A stretch of DNA of 64,000 nucleotides from Marsupella aquatica (taxonomy: Eukaryota > Plantae > Marchantiophyta). The stretch is taken from the NCBI GenBank assembly GCA_973895155.1, contig OZ316898.1, positions 18,983,292 through 19,047,291 on the forward strand, read 5' to 3'. Made by a program: the position numbers and the translations under genes. Shown here in pieces: positions 50,031-62,827 of the stretch (positions within the stretch are counted from its first letter, which is position 1; each line of letters starts with the position of its first letter). The notes below the pieces were generated by a model. That model was not told the origin of the DNA. It saw only the letters and a list, made by a program, of their open reading frames with translations, and ran no database searches.

Positions 50031-53000
50031 ATGGAGGGGACTTTCGACAGTGGAGCGTTGGATACGCTGATTGCCATAACTGGCGCAAGCGAAGAAGTGG
50101 GCACACGGTTGCTGCAGGTTAGTAGGACGACATAGCTTGCTTCAATTTTCATATTTCTTCTTCAATGTGGGAGTGATCTCAGCGGATCTGTGTGGATCTT
50201 TGCGGAAAAGGTAGAAGCCTGATGATGCTATTAGGTTCGACAACTGAGCAGCGAAATTGAGGGTGTACATATTTGGAACACTTGTGTACTCAAAGAATTA
50301 ATGCCCTCCGGGCATAATCGGTGACGTCTGTAGAGGGCCTGTTTCATGAAAAATTGACGATTAGGTTTCCCTTTCAATCGTTCCTTTCGTGTGCCCCATT
50401 TCTATTGTACTCCATCCTTTCCAATCTGTCGTAGAGGGTATATTGGTACTGTAAAGATTCGCTACAAATTTCTCTCAGGAGGGTCTTGCCTTCGAAGGTT
50501 GGGGTCTCATTGTGTCTCCTCGATATAGATACCAACACACAGATTTCTGAATGGATGCCGCAGACGGGGAATTTTCAGATTCATGTGTAATTTCTTCTGT
50601 CTCGAATAGTGTTTGTCGATCTGTACTGGGGCCATGCGTGTTTCAGAGGAACGGATTATGAGGGAAACCGTTTTGAACTCAGTACCCAACTATTGGCATG
50701 TCTTGTCAGATTTCGTTTCATTGAAGCTGCCAAGATAGTGAATCTTAGCTGCTGGGAATGATTCTGGACCACTTTCTGACCTCATTGTACGTGTACCTTA
50801 AAATGGAGTTGCAAGGAGTTGCGAGCTATTAGACCAAGATTTAGAGCTAGAGCGTTTGCTTGACAAGGGTCTTGTAATTCTATACTTATAGCTCGCGTGC
50901 CTGATGAGGGCACTTTAGGGTTTCTCTTTGCAACAAAAAGTCAAACCCTAAACCCGCAAAAGTTGTTTGCTTGTCGCAGTGTAGGTACTTATCATCCAAT
51001 GAAAATGCTAGGAACTTGAAGGGCGTTCTTCCTTCTAATCTTTAACCAATTGCTGAGTGCAGGTAAACGGCGGAGATCTGAATGCAGCCGTGAATTCATA
51101 TTATAATGAGGGCGATGAACCAGCGTATGTCTCAGCTCCTAAAACCGAGGCCACTGGCAGTGTCCCCCTTTCCTTACCAGGGCATTTTCACACTAGTTGG
51201 TCATGAGTGTTTGCCTTGTCTAATAATTCGCAGTATTCGTTGAGATAAAACATTCAGCTCTTGATTGTGGCGATTTTGTGAGATTTGACTGCATTTCTGC
51301 ATTCTGAATCTTTACAAGATGCTACTCAAAGTCGGATTACATGCAATAGCCTGCTTGCCTAGGCTACAGAGAAGGGGCTTGATGTTCCCTTGTTTGCAAT
51401 TGATTAGCCAGCCACAGTAGAGGAGGGCTTGTATGAATCGCAGTTCTGGAAAAAGACCACGCAAGTTTGCTGAATATCTCCGTTTTCTTAGATCCCTGTG
51501 CCTCTCTAACGTATGGTTCTCATACAAGTAAGACTACTGACGGTTGTGCTCTTTCATTCTTTCTATGATCAGACCACAACCTCAAAGAGATGATCTGGCA
51601 AGAAATGATTGGATGGAGGAAGACGAACCAGCGATTGGCATCCCTGTGCAGTCAGCGGCCCCTTTTGGGGTTCCTCCTTTGCCTCCTGCTCCTTGGAGTA
51701 ACAATGATTTAACTTTAAACAGGATGGGAGGACGAGGGGGCTTGTTGTTTGGCAGTAGTGGTCCAGCTCGAGTGGCACATCCTCGAGATGTAAGAAACAT
51801 ACCCATTGATTGGCAAGATGACGACGATGGACCGTCATATCATCCTCTCGGTCTCTCAAATCCAAGGATAGAAGAGATTCCGAGCAATGTTGATGGTGAA
51901 CAGTTACCTTTAAATCACCAACACGCAATGGTAGATGATGAGTTTCCCAGTACGGCGTCATCTGTGTTTAGATCTAGCGGCGAAGCAATAGGACCTCAAA
52001 GATTTGGCGGTCCTACCTATCCTGAGGAAGATTTGGACCCAGCTTTCAATCCAAACGCGCCACGCATTGCAGAAGTTCCAGTAATGGCCAATGATGAAGG
52101 CGTTGATATTGAGGAAGAAATGCTGCGTGCGGCAATCGAAGCGTCAAAACGGGAAGCTGCCGAAGCAAGCAGAAGAGGTTCTGCTGCTGATATCTCAGAG
52201 GTGGTTATGATATCTTTTGGTGTGCCCAGTACTTGGCTGTCTGTTGGATGATGGATCGGGAGTTCGGTGCCATATTGTAGAGACCAATGGTCCCGTGGAA
52301 TTAGGTACAGATGCATGCGTTGTCTATGATCAAACAGAGCTGATATGCGTGTGGATCATTACTCAGGAAGCCACAGGCGGAGGGAATCCAGCTGAAAGAT
52401 TCCCCACGGCGAGAGCACCGACAGAAGATGATGACCTTGCCCGTGCAGTCACATTGTCCATCAAGGTTGGTTTCAAGCTTAAAGCCTATTAGGAGAATTC
52501 TCTGCCAGTGACGGGATGAGCAAATATGGTGTCACGGGTCTCGATTTTCGTTGAGGTCTGTGGCAGGGAACAACTTAGCGTTGACATTTGGTCTGGGTGG
52601 CAGACTGCAGAGGAAGAAAAAGCCTTACGGGAGCGTGGGGGGCCATCATCCGAGCCAGTATCCGAGCCAGTATCCGAGCCTGTTTTTATGCAGGAGGATG
52701 AAGACTTCTCAGAGGACGTGAGAAAACTTGATCACATGAGGAGAAGGTTAGTCCACTTAATTTTCTTTCTAGATGAGGTATAATGATATCCCCAGTTGCG
52801 AGGGTATGATGAGTCCCGATAAAGCAAGATCCTAAGGAGCGGAAGGCTAACATAAGTTTTTATGTGTATTTCGCGTTGTTTATAGTGTTTTCTAATTCAG
52901 CTGTAAACGGGTGAAGCCTTAGAAGCTGATTACTGTCTGAATGATTGTTATCTCCCAAGTTTGCATTAAGCACAATTGGGAAGCTTAAACCTCTACAGTA

Positions 53001-56000
53001 CTTATAAAACTTAGAGACTGGAAAAAACACGATAGGATTTTGATCCAATTCAATTTACCATTATCTCTCCCCATCCTCCTGTCCCAAGATGGAAATGGGT
53101 TTGCAAAACACTTGGAAGAGTATTTGTTTGGTGAAGGTCTGTGGTCGTCCGGAGAGTTTCAAATTGCAAATTTGACAGTGAGAGGTAGGGAAGGTGAATG
53201 CCAGTCAGATGAGGAGCATATGGAGATCATGGTTAGGGAGGATGTTGAAGAAGACTCAAGGGATGAAGTCTTATGAGAGATTTTCATGCCTGCAGAGGTC
53301 TGCTCCCTCCTGGCAAGTGCTGTTTACAGCTCAAGTGCATCAGGGATACCTCTGTCTGGATTATTTTTTGCATTCCGCATGTAGGGAGACACTTTCATAC
53401 TTAGCTTATCACTAACATATTCACAAACGAACTGCCTAAGAACTGAATGCATCGAAACTTGCTGTAATTAAATGAGATTTTGATTCTGCTGACAGGTCCG
53501 TGCCAGCTTGGCTTAAGCTATAGCCATAAGCTTATAAAAACATGACATTTTCGATGTAAATTTGTGTGATTGTTCCACAGGGGAATTGCACGGGACAGGG
53601 CAGGTATGGCTCGGGGTGCCAGTGCTAGTACCAGAGATAAGGACAGGAAGAGTTCCGGGAGTAGGAGTTCTGGAAGTATCATTCCCATAGTCAACAGCCC
53701 TCCTGAGGAACCTGAGGAAGACGAAGAACAGCCTCTGCTCAGGCGCAGAACAAGCAGACGGTCCATTCCAAGCACAGCTGAGTCTGGGATAATGGGAGGT
53801 GAAAGGCAAGCTCGGAGTCAACTACCAAGAGGGATAATTGATTTAACTGAATCTCCATCTATGCCGAGTGTCAGTGCTTTTGCTTCTAGAGAAGACGGTG
53901 AAGGGCAAAGTAATCCTCATCGAAACGAGGAATTTCCATCTGAGGTGAGGTGATAACTATTTAATTGAAGGTTAAGGGTTATAAAGTCTTGTCCTCCAGG
54001 GCTGTTCTTATGGTAAGCCTACATTATAACTTGCTTTAATTGTTTGTCATTGGAGGCCATAGGACAGATCACAAGGGTCTGGGAGACCAATACATATTAT
54101 TAAACTAATAGTTTTCTAGATTAGTTAGATTGTTGTCTGCTTCTATTGTCGATACCCTCTAATCAGATTCTTTGCGCTCTGTAGTTCTACCTCATTTGTG
54201 CGAAGGTTCTAAACTTTCTGTCAGTCTTCCTTGTTTCTGAAACCATGTTAGAGTCTGCAGCATGTATATGACCCATGGTCTGTAACTTAGTTGTGGACAC
54301 TTTGTTTATTTCAGTGGGGAGGGTTATCATCAGAAGAACATGATGAGGCGGTGATGCTTGAAGCTGCCCTATTTGGGGGGCTCCCAGACAGGAGAGGCAG
54401 TGGTCTACCATATCAAGCTCGCAGAAGGATACCCCATGAAGTGATGGATGCCCTCGTCGGTGAACACGCACAATTTTTCGACCCCTTTAACCGCAGGGCG
54501 TTTCCTCAGCCACCTTCTCCTACCGTTGTAGAACAGCGGTTGATTCGTGAGCAGCAGGTGACAGGATGAGTTGGTTGACGTTACTATTTGCTTTATATTT
54601 GGAAATTTGTTCGAAATTATCCTTGTGTAGAGTTCTTTCTTTGTTAGGCACCGTTGTCTTCAGTTATTCTTTGCATTGTTGGGGTTTTGAAACCGAGCGA
54701 GGCCCATTAGCGAAAGATACTGAAAAGTCATTCCCCAGGTGTAACTATACAGAGAAGATCCACATTAACAGAAAGTATTGACAGCAAGGATTGCAATGAA
54801 TGAGAGTAACTGTAATTGATAAGAGGTTATGACGAGGCAAGCCGTTAATAATAATGGAATAAAGGAGGATGTGAATAGTACAATTTTCATCTTGCTTACT
54901 TTTTCTATAACCTGGGTAGCGCAAGTCACCATCATTCTGGGTCGGTTCAGTTGTTAATTGGGATCAACTTGTGTTTGATTTGCAGGATGATGAGTACCTG
55001 GCATCATTGGCGGCAGACAGAGAAAAAGAACTGAAAGCAAATGAAGAGGCAGAAGCACGTCGCCTCAAAGAACAGGAAGCTGCTGAAGCTGCCGCATCAG
55101 AGGAAAAACTTCGTCGTGAAGAAGAGCTAAAGCAACAGAAAGAAGCGGAGGTATAGTCGGAGAGACCCCCTAATTCTATCGGGGATCACGGGTGCTTGTA
55201 TGTGGATGACATTCAAAGTTGTCAAAAGTTTCCAGATATTCTTATAAGCCTTTACTAACCACTTCGTTTTTTGAAATCTCAGGATTTGGAGAGACTGCTT
55301 GCTCTCAAGAAAGATTCGCTTCCTCGTGAGCCTGCTGCAGATGAGCAAGGTGCTCTAACTTTGGTTGTAAGACTACCAGATGGTAGTCGACGCGGCAGAC
55401 GTTTTCTTAGGTCAAACAAATTACAGGTAATAATAGAATCATGCAAATTTTGCACCTTTTTGGAGCGTTTTTGATTAGTAGAAGTCTTTCAGACCGTGAT
55501 ATCTTAATCTCAGTATTGTAACGAGTGAGGGATGCTCACAGCTGGCATGTTTTTCTATTCTTGGATAGGCTAGTGTTACTAAAATATGTAAGACTTTCGC
55601 CTAATAGCAAAGAATGGGCGTTGAAATGCTCGGAAAACTAATGGTTACTTTTGTTTTGCAGTCTCTCTTTGACTTCATCGACGTTGGTGGAGGTGTAAAG
55701 CCAGGCACCTACAGACTGGTATTTCTTCGTACATCGTTGTGTTCCAATATCTTAAATAGTCCGTAGGCAGGATATGTACTCGAGTGATCAATGTCCGCAC
55801 TAGCTGCAGTCAGATGATTTGATGGTGAAGTACCGCTAACTCAATCGACTTGAATGCGGGCTAGTCCTTGGTGATTGATATGTACCCTGTTTGTATGACT
55901 TCTGGTTTCCAGGTTAGGCAGTATCCACGTGTTGCGTTCACGGAGGGAGAACTCGACTCTTCTTTAGAGGCTCTTGGTCTGACCAGTAAGCAGGAGGTTC

Positions 56001-56020
56001 TGTTTCTGGAGTTGATATAA
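50031..56020 (+). CDS. PUX: Plant UBX-domain protein (PUX8/9/13-like CDC48 adaptor with UBA-like, UIM-like and UBX domains), ~699 aa
   Basis: Exons 50031-50117, 51063-51124, 51573-52200, 52367-52465, 52604-52746, 53581-53944, 54315-54557, 54986-55150, 55283-55426, 55662-55718, 55913-56020 (2100 nt). Motifs HPRDVRNIPID, DIEEEMLRAAIEASKRE, WGGLSSEEHDEAVMLEAALFGG, QDDEYLASLAADREKE, VRLPDGSRRGRRF, KPGTYRLVRQYPR, LTSKQEVLFLELI. Confidence 0.94.
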
Positions 56021-57300
56021 TGGATGTTGAAAGGCAGTCTTGGCTCATTATTTGTGACAATTCTCATTGGTTGCCCATAACAATTCTGCTAATGCCAACA
56101 AGGACACCACCAGTTACTTGCTGGTGCCCTTGTGGAAGTTTTCCACCTGTCATCTATACGAGTGACGTATAAGAGATTTTATGGGATATAGATTATGTAG
56201 GTGCGCAACTGTCAAGAATCGGTAGCTGTCGGCTGCTCTATGAATAAAGCAGGGTGGGACATATTCTCATCGTTTTGTGGAAAGCCTGACAAACCTGGCA
56301 TTGTTACAATGGAGTTGGGAAGGTTGTGTTGAAGTTGTGTCTGTACTCGTCTGATTGAGCCACTCTGTTTGTATATTGTGTGTAATTTCTTTCTCAAAGT
56401 CCTTCTCTGCATGAATTTTCGTCCTCCTACTGAGGCAGAAATTCTTAGGACTCAGTGTCGTTATGAAGACCGCTAGTTGCTAGGTTCGAGTGACCTTCAG
56501 GAACATCCGTAGGGTAGATACTTGTATGCCTTGGGGGCGAACACTTTTTAAACCCGAGTTTTGTGGTATGGCAATGCACTCTCGTTTCTTAAACGACGAT
56601 CTTATTGGGATGTCAGCAAAGTTGTAAGGCATATAGTGAATGAGACTCTTCACGAGGGTACTTGTTTTGGGTGATATTGTAGCAGCTGTGGGTTACTTTT
56701 TCAAGTATTGAGCACCAATTTAGTTCTCTAGAGTAACGAACGAGGTCTTGCATGAAATCGAGGTTGTTTTCGTGGCGTACTATGGTAGCGAAAGTCGTTC
56801 ACTTCTTTCCGGTATTTCCATCAGTCAATTCAATGTAAGCAGAGCGAGTAGCAGACTCGTGTGCAGCTTGAAGGAAGATGGGTTGTTCAGGCCATAGAGG
56901 GATCTCTTGCAAAGAGTGGCCTGTGGGAAAGTTTCAAGAGTCAATATCTCCATGTTGGAACCTCATGCAGTGTACACCATAAGAACTGTGTACAAACCCA
57001 TACACAATTTGTTTTCCATTTGATACATCTTAGATGCCTGATGTGGATCACCTTTTCAAGTTTCCAGTCCATTTGATATATTTTAGAAACAATTCAGATT
57101 CACCTTCAACAATTTTCTGTCCATTTGATACAATATACAAGCGTGATTAAGATCACTTTCTGATCACCTGCAGCAGTTTCTGTCCATTAGATACAGTTTA
57201 CAAGGATGATCAAGATCACTTCTCTGATCACGTGTATCAGTTCAACCACACGATGCTTCCAATAGCTACCGAAGGGTAAACCGTCACAAAAGGCAGTCCA

Positions 57301-57362
57301 GGCCAATCTATCAAGCAAAGTGCCAGTTTTGGCCAATCTATCAAGCAAAGTGCCAGTTTTGC
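57301..57362. repeat. Perfect 30-bp tandem duplication downstream of the NPF stop
   Basis: ggccaatctatcaagcaaagtgccagtttt occurs twice. Confidence 0.95.
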
Positions 57363-57561
57363 CCAAAAACCCGTTATTACGAGAACATGGAAGCTCAATT
57401 AGACACCGACGACTGCAATCTGAATTTCTCCTGCACGGCGTCACTCCCTTGGTCAAAACTTATAATTGATAAGCCTCTGAAGCAGGAGGTCTCACCAGCC
57501 TATGGAAACGGATGTCTCATGGGACTTGGAGTTATCGGGTGGTATGCATAGCACCTGCCAG

Positions 57562-60500
57562 CTATTCATTCGTGAAGTCAGGAGAATGAATTTGTTCGAT
57601 CTGTATCTCTGCGTCCTTAACGTTTTCTTCTGCCGCACTTCCAACGACCTCGTTACTTTTGAGCTTTTGGCCCCCTTTCAAGTCTGTCCTGTTGTCCTTG
57701 TACTGATTTGCACAGATCACAAACGCCACCAGATTGACGAAGCTCAGGACTGTCAGTAGGGTGTAGAACAAATCTATTCGCCCGCGGTTGAGGTTGTCTG
57801 CAATCCAGCCTGACTTAGATCCACCTTTGGTACTCTTTGCAATACGGTTGACCACGGTGACCAGGCAGCTACTGAAGAAGTTGCCTAGAGCAACACCCAC
57901 CATCGAGAGAGCGCTTCCCACGCTTCGAATGGTAGGAGGTGCCTGGTCGTAGAAGAACTCCATCAATCCTATGTACGTGAACACCTGCGTCAAGCATCAG
58001 GCACTAATGTCATTTTGGAGCTCCACAATGCGATCAATCCACATGCTCTCCAAAGTACTGCACTTGCAAAGGTAGGGCACTGGTTGCCATTGTAACGTCA
58101 ATTTTTCCAAGGGCAGTGATGGGAACAATGCATCGATGTCCTTCAAACTGGAGTAGACACAGGACTTCGGAGATGGGAGTTTTGGCAGGATGTGAATGGT
58201 ACCATGATAGCTTGATCTTTCCATGGATATGGTCACAATACAATTCGGTTGCCAAGCCTTGGACTAATTTAGAAGTATCACTTGGAACAACCAAGAGGGA
58301 CCTATTATCGGAAGAGCAAAGGAGCCGCTAGATTACTTAACCTTTACTCGAACTTTTGGGTCTGAAAAATTAACAATTTTTCCAAGCTTTGTCAACGAGG
58401 TACCTATTAGCCCAGTCGCTGACATGGTTTTCTGTTCAAGTCATTGTCTATCGAGCGAATATTTCTGTCTTCTCTTTTTTGAAGGACACATTCTCACTAC
58501 AGAATGGGTTACAGCATAAAATTTGAATCTCAATGTTGAATGAGGCAATTCCGCAGAAACATTTTGATGAAATCAGTACCTCAGAGGCACCCATGAGAAT
58601 GTACTGTGGGATCTCCCAGAAGACCGTCATAGGAACGGGTGTGTGGGTGTTATCCAAAAGATTGTATTCTCGCACCAAGCGCAGCCGATGGACCTCCACA
58701 ATGGCCGCAACGATCATGGCCAGTACAGAGAGCGCCAGACCAATGCCAATGCGTTGCAGCCCAGAAATTCCTTGCCGGTTACCTATGCAAATTAAACACC
58801 TGAATAAATTGGAGTCAAGGGATGGGAAACCTTTCAATATACGCAACCTTTGGATACCAGAGTATAAATTACACATTACGTAGTGAGTCCTGGTTAAGTG
58901 GTTCTTCGTGTTGAACTGCAACTAGGTCATATTGAAATCGAAAAATTCACAGATTAGCATGCGGAAATCGCAAGTGTTTGTTTGGCTCGATTTTGTGTTT
59001 GATATGAATGCCTATCACTAACCTTCCTGGGTTCTAGGCACGAAGTTCTTATATCCTCCACACACAATGGGAGGCGAAATGAATGCTACCAGGAGCACTC
59101 CCAAGTCCCAACCGTTATTCAGAGTAGGAAACTACAGTACTGATTGACACAGTCAGGAAGAAATCTTATTCTCAATCCAGTTACGAGCCCTTCTGTAGAA
59201 GAAACAGGTAATAACTGACAGCTTATTCAATTCTACATTCCCCTTTCAACATTATGTTGTCTACTTAACACAATCCTCACAAGTATGTAAAGTATTCTCA
59301 GGTTTACAATCCTCACGCTCACATCAACCCTTCTTGCAACCTGGTTCCTAGAGAGTGAGTCAAACTCATGCTATAAGCCGGGTAGAAAAGATTGTCATCC
59401 TGGCAATTTTTTGTGATGGGCCAGCCCGGATGGTTTTGTCAGACAGACAAATTAGACTACTCTCCACAAAGGCGGCGGAGTAAGATTTGAAGCAAATTTA
59501 AGTAAAGTGAGCTGTCTGGGATTCTTCGCCCAAGGAAGCATCAGCAACCAGACTTGACTACTGGCACCCCCCCGGTCATCCCGGGATTTATTTGCTACCG
59601 ATCTTGTTCAAGAAGTGAAGGAGGAATCGGACCTGTGTGGCGCTTCAGTAAGGGCACGAGGAGGCGGTCGTAAATCACCACCCACAGTATCACACTGGAG
59701 CTCTCGAAGACAGAAAGGGAGGCCGGTGGAATTCGAATGGAGCCCATCTTCAAATTCATTGATGCTCCTTGCATGATGAACAGTGTGGCGATCTGGCTGT
59801 AGACTGTGGAGTACATGATGCTGCTGAGCCAGATAGGGAGGACGCGGATCACGAACTTCACCTCTTCCACTTGCGTCACCGTGCAGAGGTGCCACGGATT
59901 CTCAACAATCCCATTTTTTCCCTTGTCTTCATCTGTCACGGTTGCCGCCTTGTCCAGGAATCTGACAATTTCAAGAGATTCCGAATCATGAGTTTCATTC
60001 AATATTCGTCGACTGATTGACTGTAAACCTTTCATAAGATGGGAATTCGTGGAGTGCACTAGCTTTTTAATTCTTCGATATTCAATCTGTTGTTCATGCT
60101 TCGCTCATTTCATGACATCCGATTCTTTGTCACCGATGTACTTTGCTGTGGCCGGTGTATACTTTCTTCTTTACCCTAAGATTCTTCTTCGTCTGGATCG
60201 GCAAGATAGATTGACAGTCGTCACACCTTACCTTGAAGTCCATCGGTTTGGATCAACTTGTGATTTCGGTTGAAAACTATAAATAACGCAAGAAAGTTAC
60301 CCCAGGTCCGAGCCGGGCCGTGGTCGAGACAGGATCCAAACTATCTGAGGCTACCTCAACAGTAAGAATCTCAATCGAGTTGGACGTTTGCAGAGAGGTA
60401 CTGGTATAATTACATACGTGAACCTATCGCTGTGCTGAATTGTAGGCGTCTCCTTGTTCACAATGTCCGTCTGCTGCTCTTGATGCTGGGCATGGGCCTC

Positions 60501-62827
60501 CTCGTGCAGATTCTTGCTCTCCACCAATGCCACTCGCCGCTTCCTAAATGCTGCCACCAAGACCTGAGAGATCCGTGTCAAGGGGTTCCTCCTGGGCTTG
60601 TGGTAGCGGTACCAGGGCGCTCCCAGAATCAGGAACCCAGTGCCCACAAGGAGTGCCACGTTGGAGATGCCCCATCCCCATCCCCAACTCACATTGTCTT
60701 GAATGTACACCGAGAAAGTGCTGGCTATCAGCGATCCCGTGAAGATAGACTGGTAGAACCAATTGAAGAAGGAGCTCTTTTGTTTTCTCTCTTTCTCGTG
60801 TCCCTCGTCAAACTGGTCGCCTCCCAATGCTGTTATGGTCCCGTACACTCCTCCAGCTCCCAAATCCAGCATGTACAGCCCCACATAGAGAAACGAAACT
60901 TGCGCCACTGAGCTCTGCTCACATGTGACATCCTTGCTAGGGCATTGTAGAGGTCGGAGCAAGGGTATGCTGGCCGAGAGAGTAAGCAGCACTGTTCCCT
61001 GCAAAATTTCACACGGATCCACAATATCGACGTCATATGCTTGCGCCAAGTGCAATTAGTCATGCCTAACTTCCATAGCTTTAAATGGAATCCAACTCAC
61101 AAAGTTCATAACTAGTGGTTGTGTTAATTGTGCAAGTTCCTTGCGATGAATGGAGCCCAATCCATAGAATGTTCATACATCGATTCTCAAGCTGGGGAAA
61201 GTTGCTTTTGGTTCAACTGAACTGCAGCCCGATGAGTACTTGGCCGGTTGTCATACCTGACACTGCTGATATGGAGGCTGATACCGAAAACCGATTGAGC
61301 TTGCAATCGAGCTACTATGCTTAATTAAAGTGATATACATGTTACGAACTGGGGGATTGTAGCGACTTTCTTTAAATGCACCTTCAACACTGAAAACTGA
61401 AGGCTAAAACTACATTGCTCCTAAGCGCCTGAACCCCACCATGACTTGAAAATGAGTACTAGTGCGATTTGACATCAATGCAGCTTCAATGAATTTCGGA
61501 TATTTAAAAAATACACCACGTATACTGCAAATCGTGAATTGGCTTGTATTACCACAGTACAAGCTCTGGGCTGTTTCTACAAAGTTTTCTCTCAATGAGC
61601 ACGTTGAATTTCATCACAGACAGTCAGTAACATCATTAGTAGCACAAATGGAAATCTTCGTCAGAACAATAGCTCTGTCAAGTCGTGGATGCTTAATTTG
61701 TTTTCGATCAATCCCCCAAGTTCGTATGTCGGAAGAGATGCCAGGCCCCCTCTAGTTGGGCTTGCAATTGGTTTGCAACTTTGAAGGGTACAGATGTGAA
61801 ATTGCACCGAATTAGCAGGTCAGCTTAATCGTCGGTAGCTTGGGCGAATGCAAAAGACCGTGATAGAAAACGTCCCAGACCGTGTTCGAAGCAACTTACC
61901 AAAATGTAGACAAGGCAGGAGGCAACGGCAGTCCAGTAGCGGCCCCAGAAAGCGTCGGCGATGAAGGCAGCAATGAGAGGAGTGACGTACCCCGTCCCGT
62001 TCCAATTGCTCACGTTCTTGGCCGCCGATGCATTGCCCTCGTGCATCACTGTCGTCAGAAAGATCACCAAATTGTTCGCTATTCCATAGCAAGCTATATT
62101 CGTAAAAACCTGCAACACTGGACATCACGCTCACAAGTTAAAACAATCCGACTTACAGCTACGATCAACATAGTTGAAACTGAGGACATCCTCATACATA
62201 AGAATCATATATCCTATGACTGAGCTTCTGTCAATTTTGGAACTGGAAATGTTTATATACGAAGTGAGTTCATCATTCAGATTGGTCATTACATTTCAGT
62301 GTTCTTGATCATGATATGTGATCGGAGCTGGATATAGATCAAAATTAGACAGAACTCCACTCTGAGGGTCTTGCCGTGAATTTTCACGATTTCAAGAATG
62401 CCAGGATGAAGATTTTATTTAAATCTCTTAGGTCTTGCCAGCATTTAAAAATGAATGGCTTGGTTATTCAGTCATGCTGCGCTTCATGTTTCTGGACGCT
62501 GGCAGTAGCAGATGCAGAAACCGGGGAAATTTGTGGGGGAAATTTGAAGGAGACTCAGACCAGATATGCATGAAACAAGTATATAACTGTTGCCATGTGA
62601 TCCGGGCAGACAGATTGAGATCGAAAGGGACTACCTAAAATAAACCTGGCGGCTTTCCAGCCACCCGAATTCTTTCTCGAGGCTGGTTTTCCATGTCTGT
62701 CCACCGTCCCGTCGTGCGTCAGCTCCTCTTTCTCTTTCTCTTTCTCTTTCTCTTTCTCTTTCTCATCAGCATCAGCATCACGAGACTCGTTGCCTGTAAC
62801 AGAGCCGAGATCGGTATCTGATCCCAT
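57562..62827 (-). CDS. NPF: NRT1/PTR family (NPF) transporter, NPF7/NPF8-like, ~648 aa; alternative in-frame ATGs up to 62878
   Basis: Exons 62827-62635, 62117-61900 (218 nt), 60998-60418, 59961-59633, 58782-58580, 57984-57562. Motifs DGTVDRHGKP, AFIADAFWGRY, GGDQFDE, SSFFNWFY, FLDKAA, LCTVTQVEEVK, LQRIGIGL, EFFYDQAP. Confidence 0.95.

Noticed and set aside
49306-50106. 266-aa minus-strand ORF
   Set aside because: Low-complexity L/S/P translation of the GA tract, antisense to the PUX leader and first exon.
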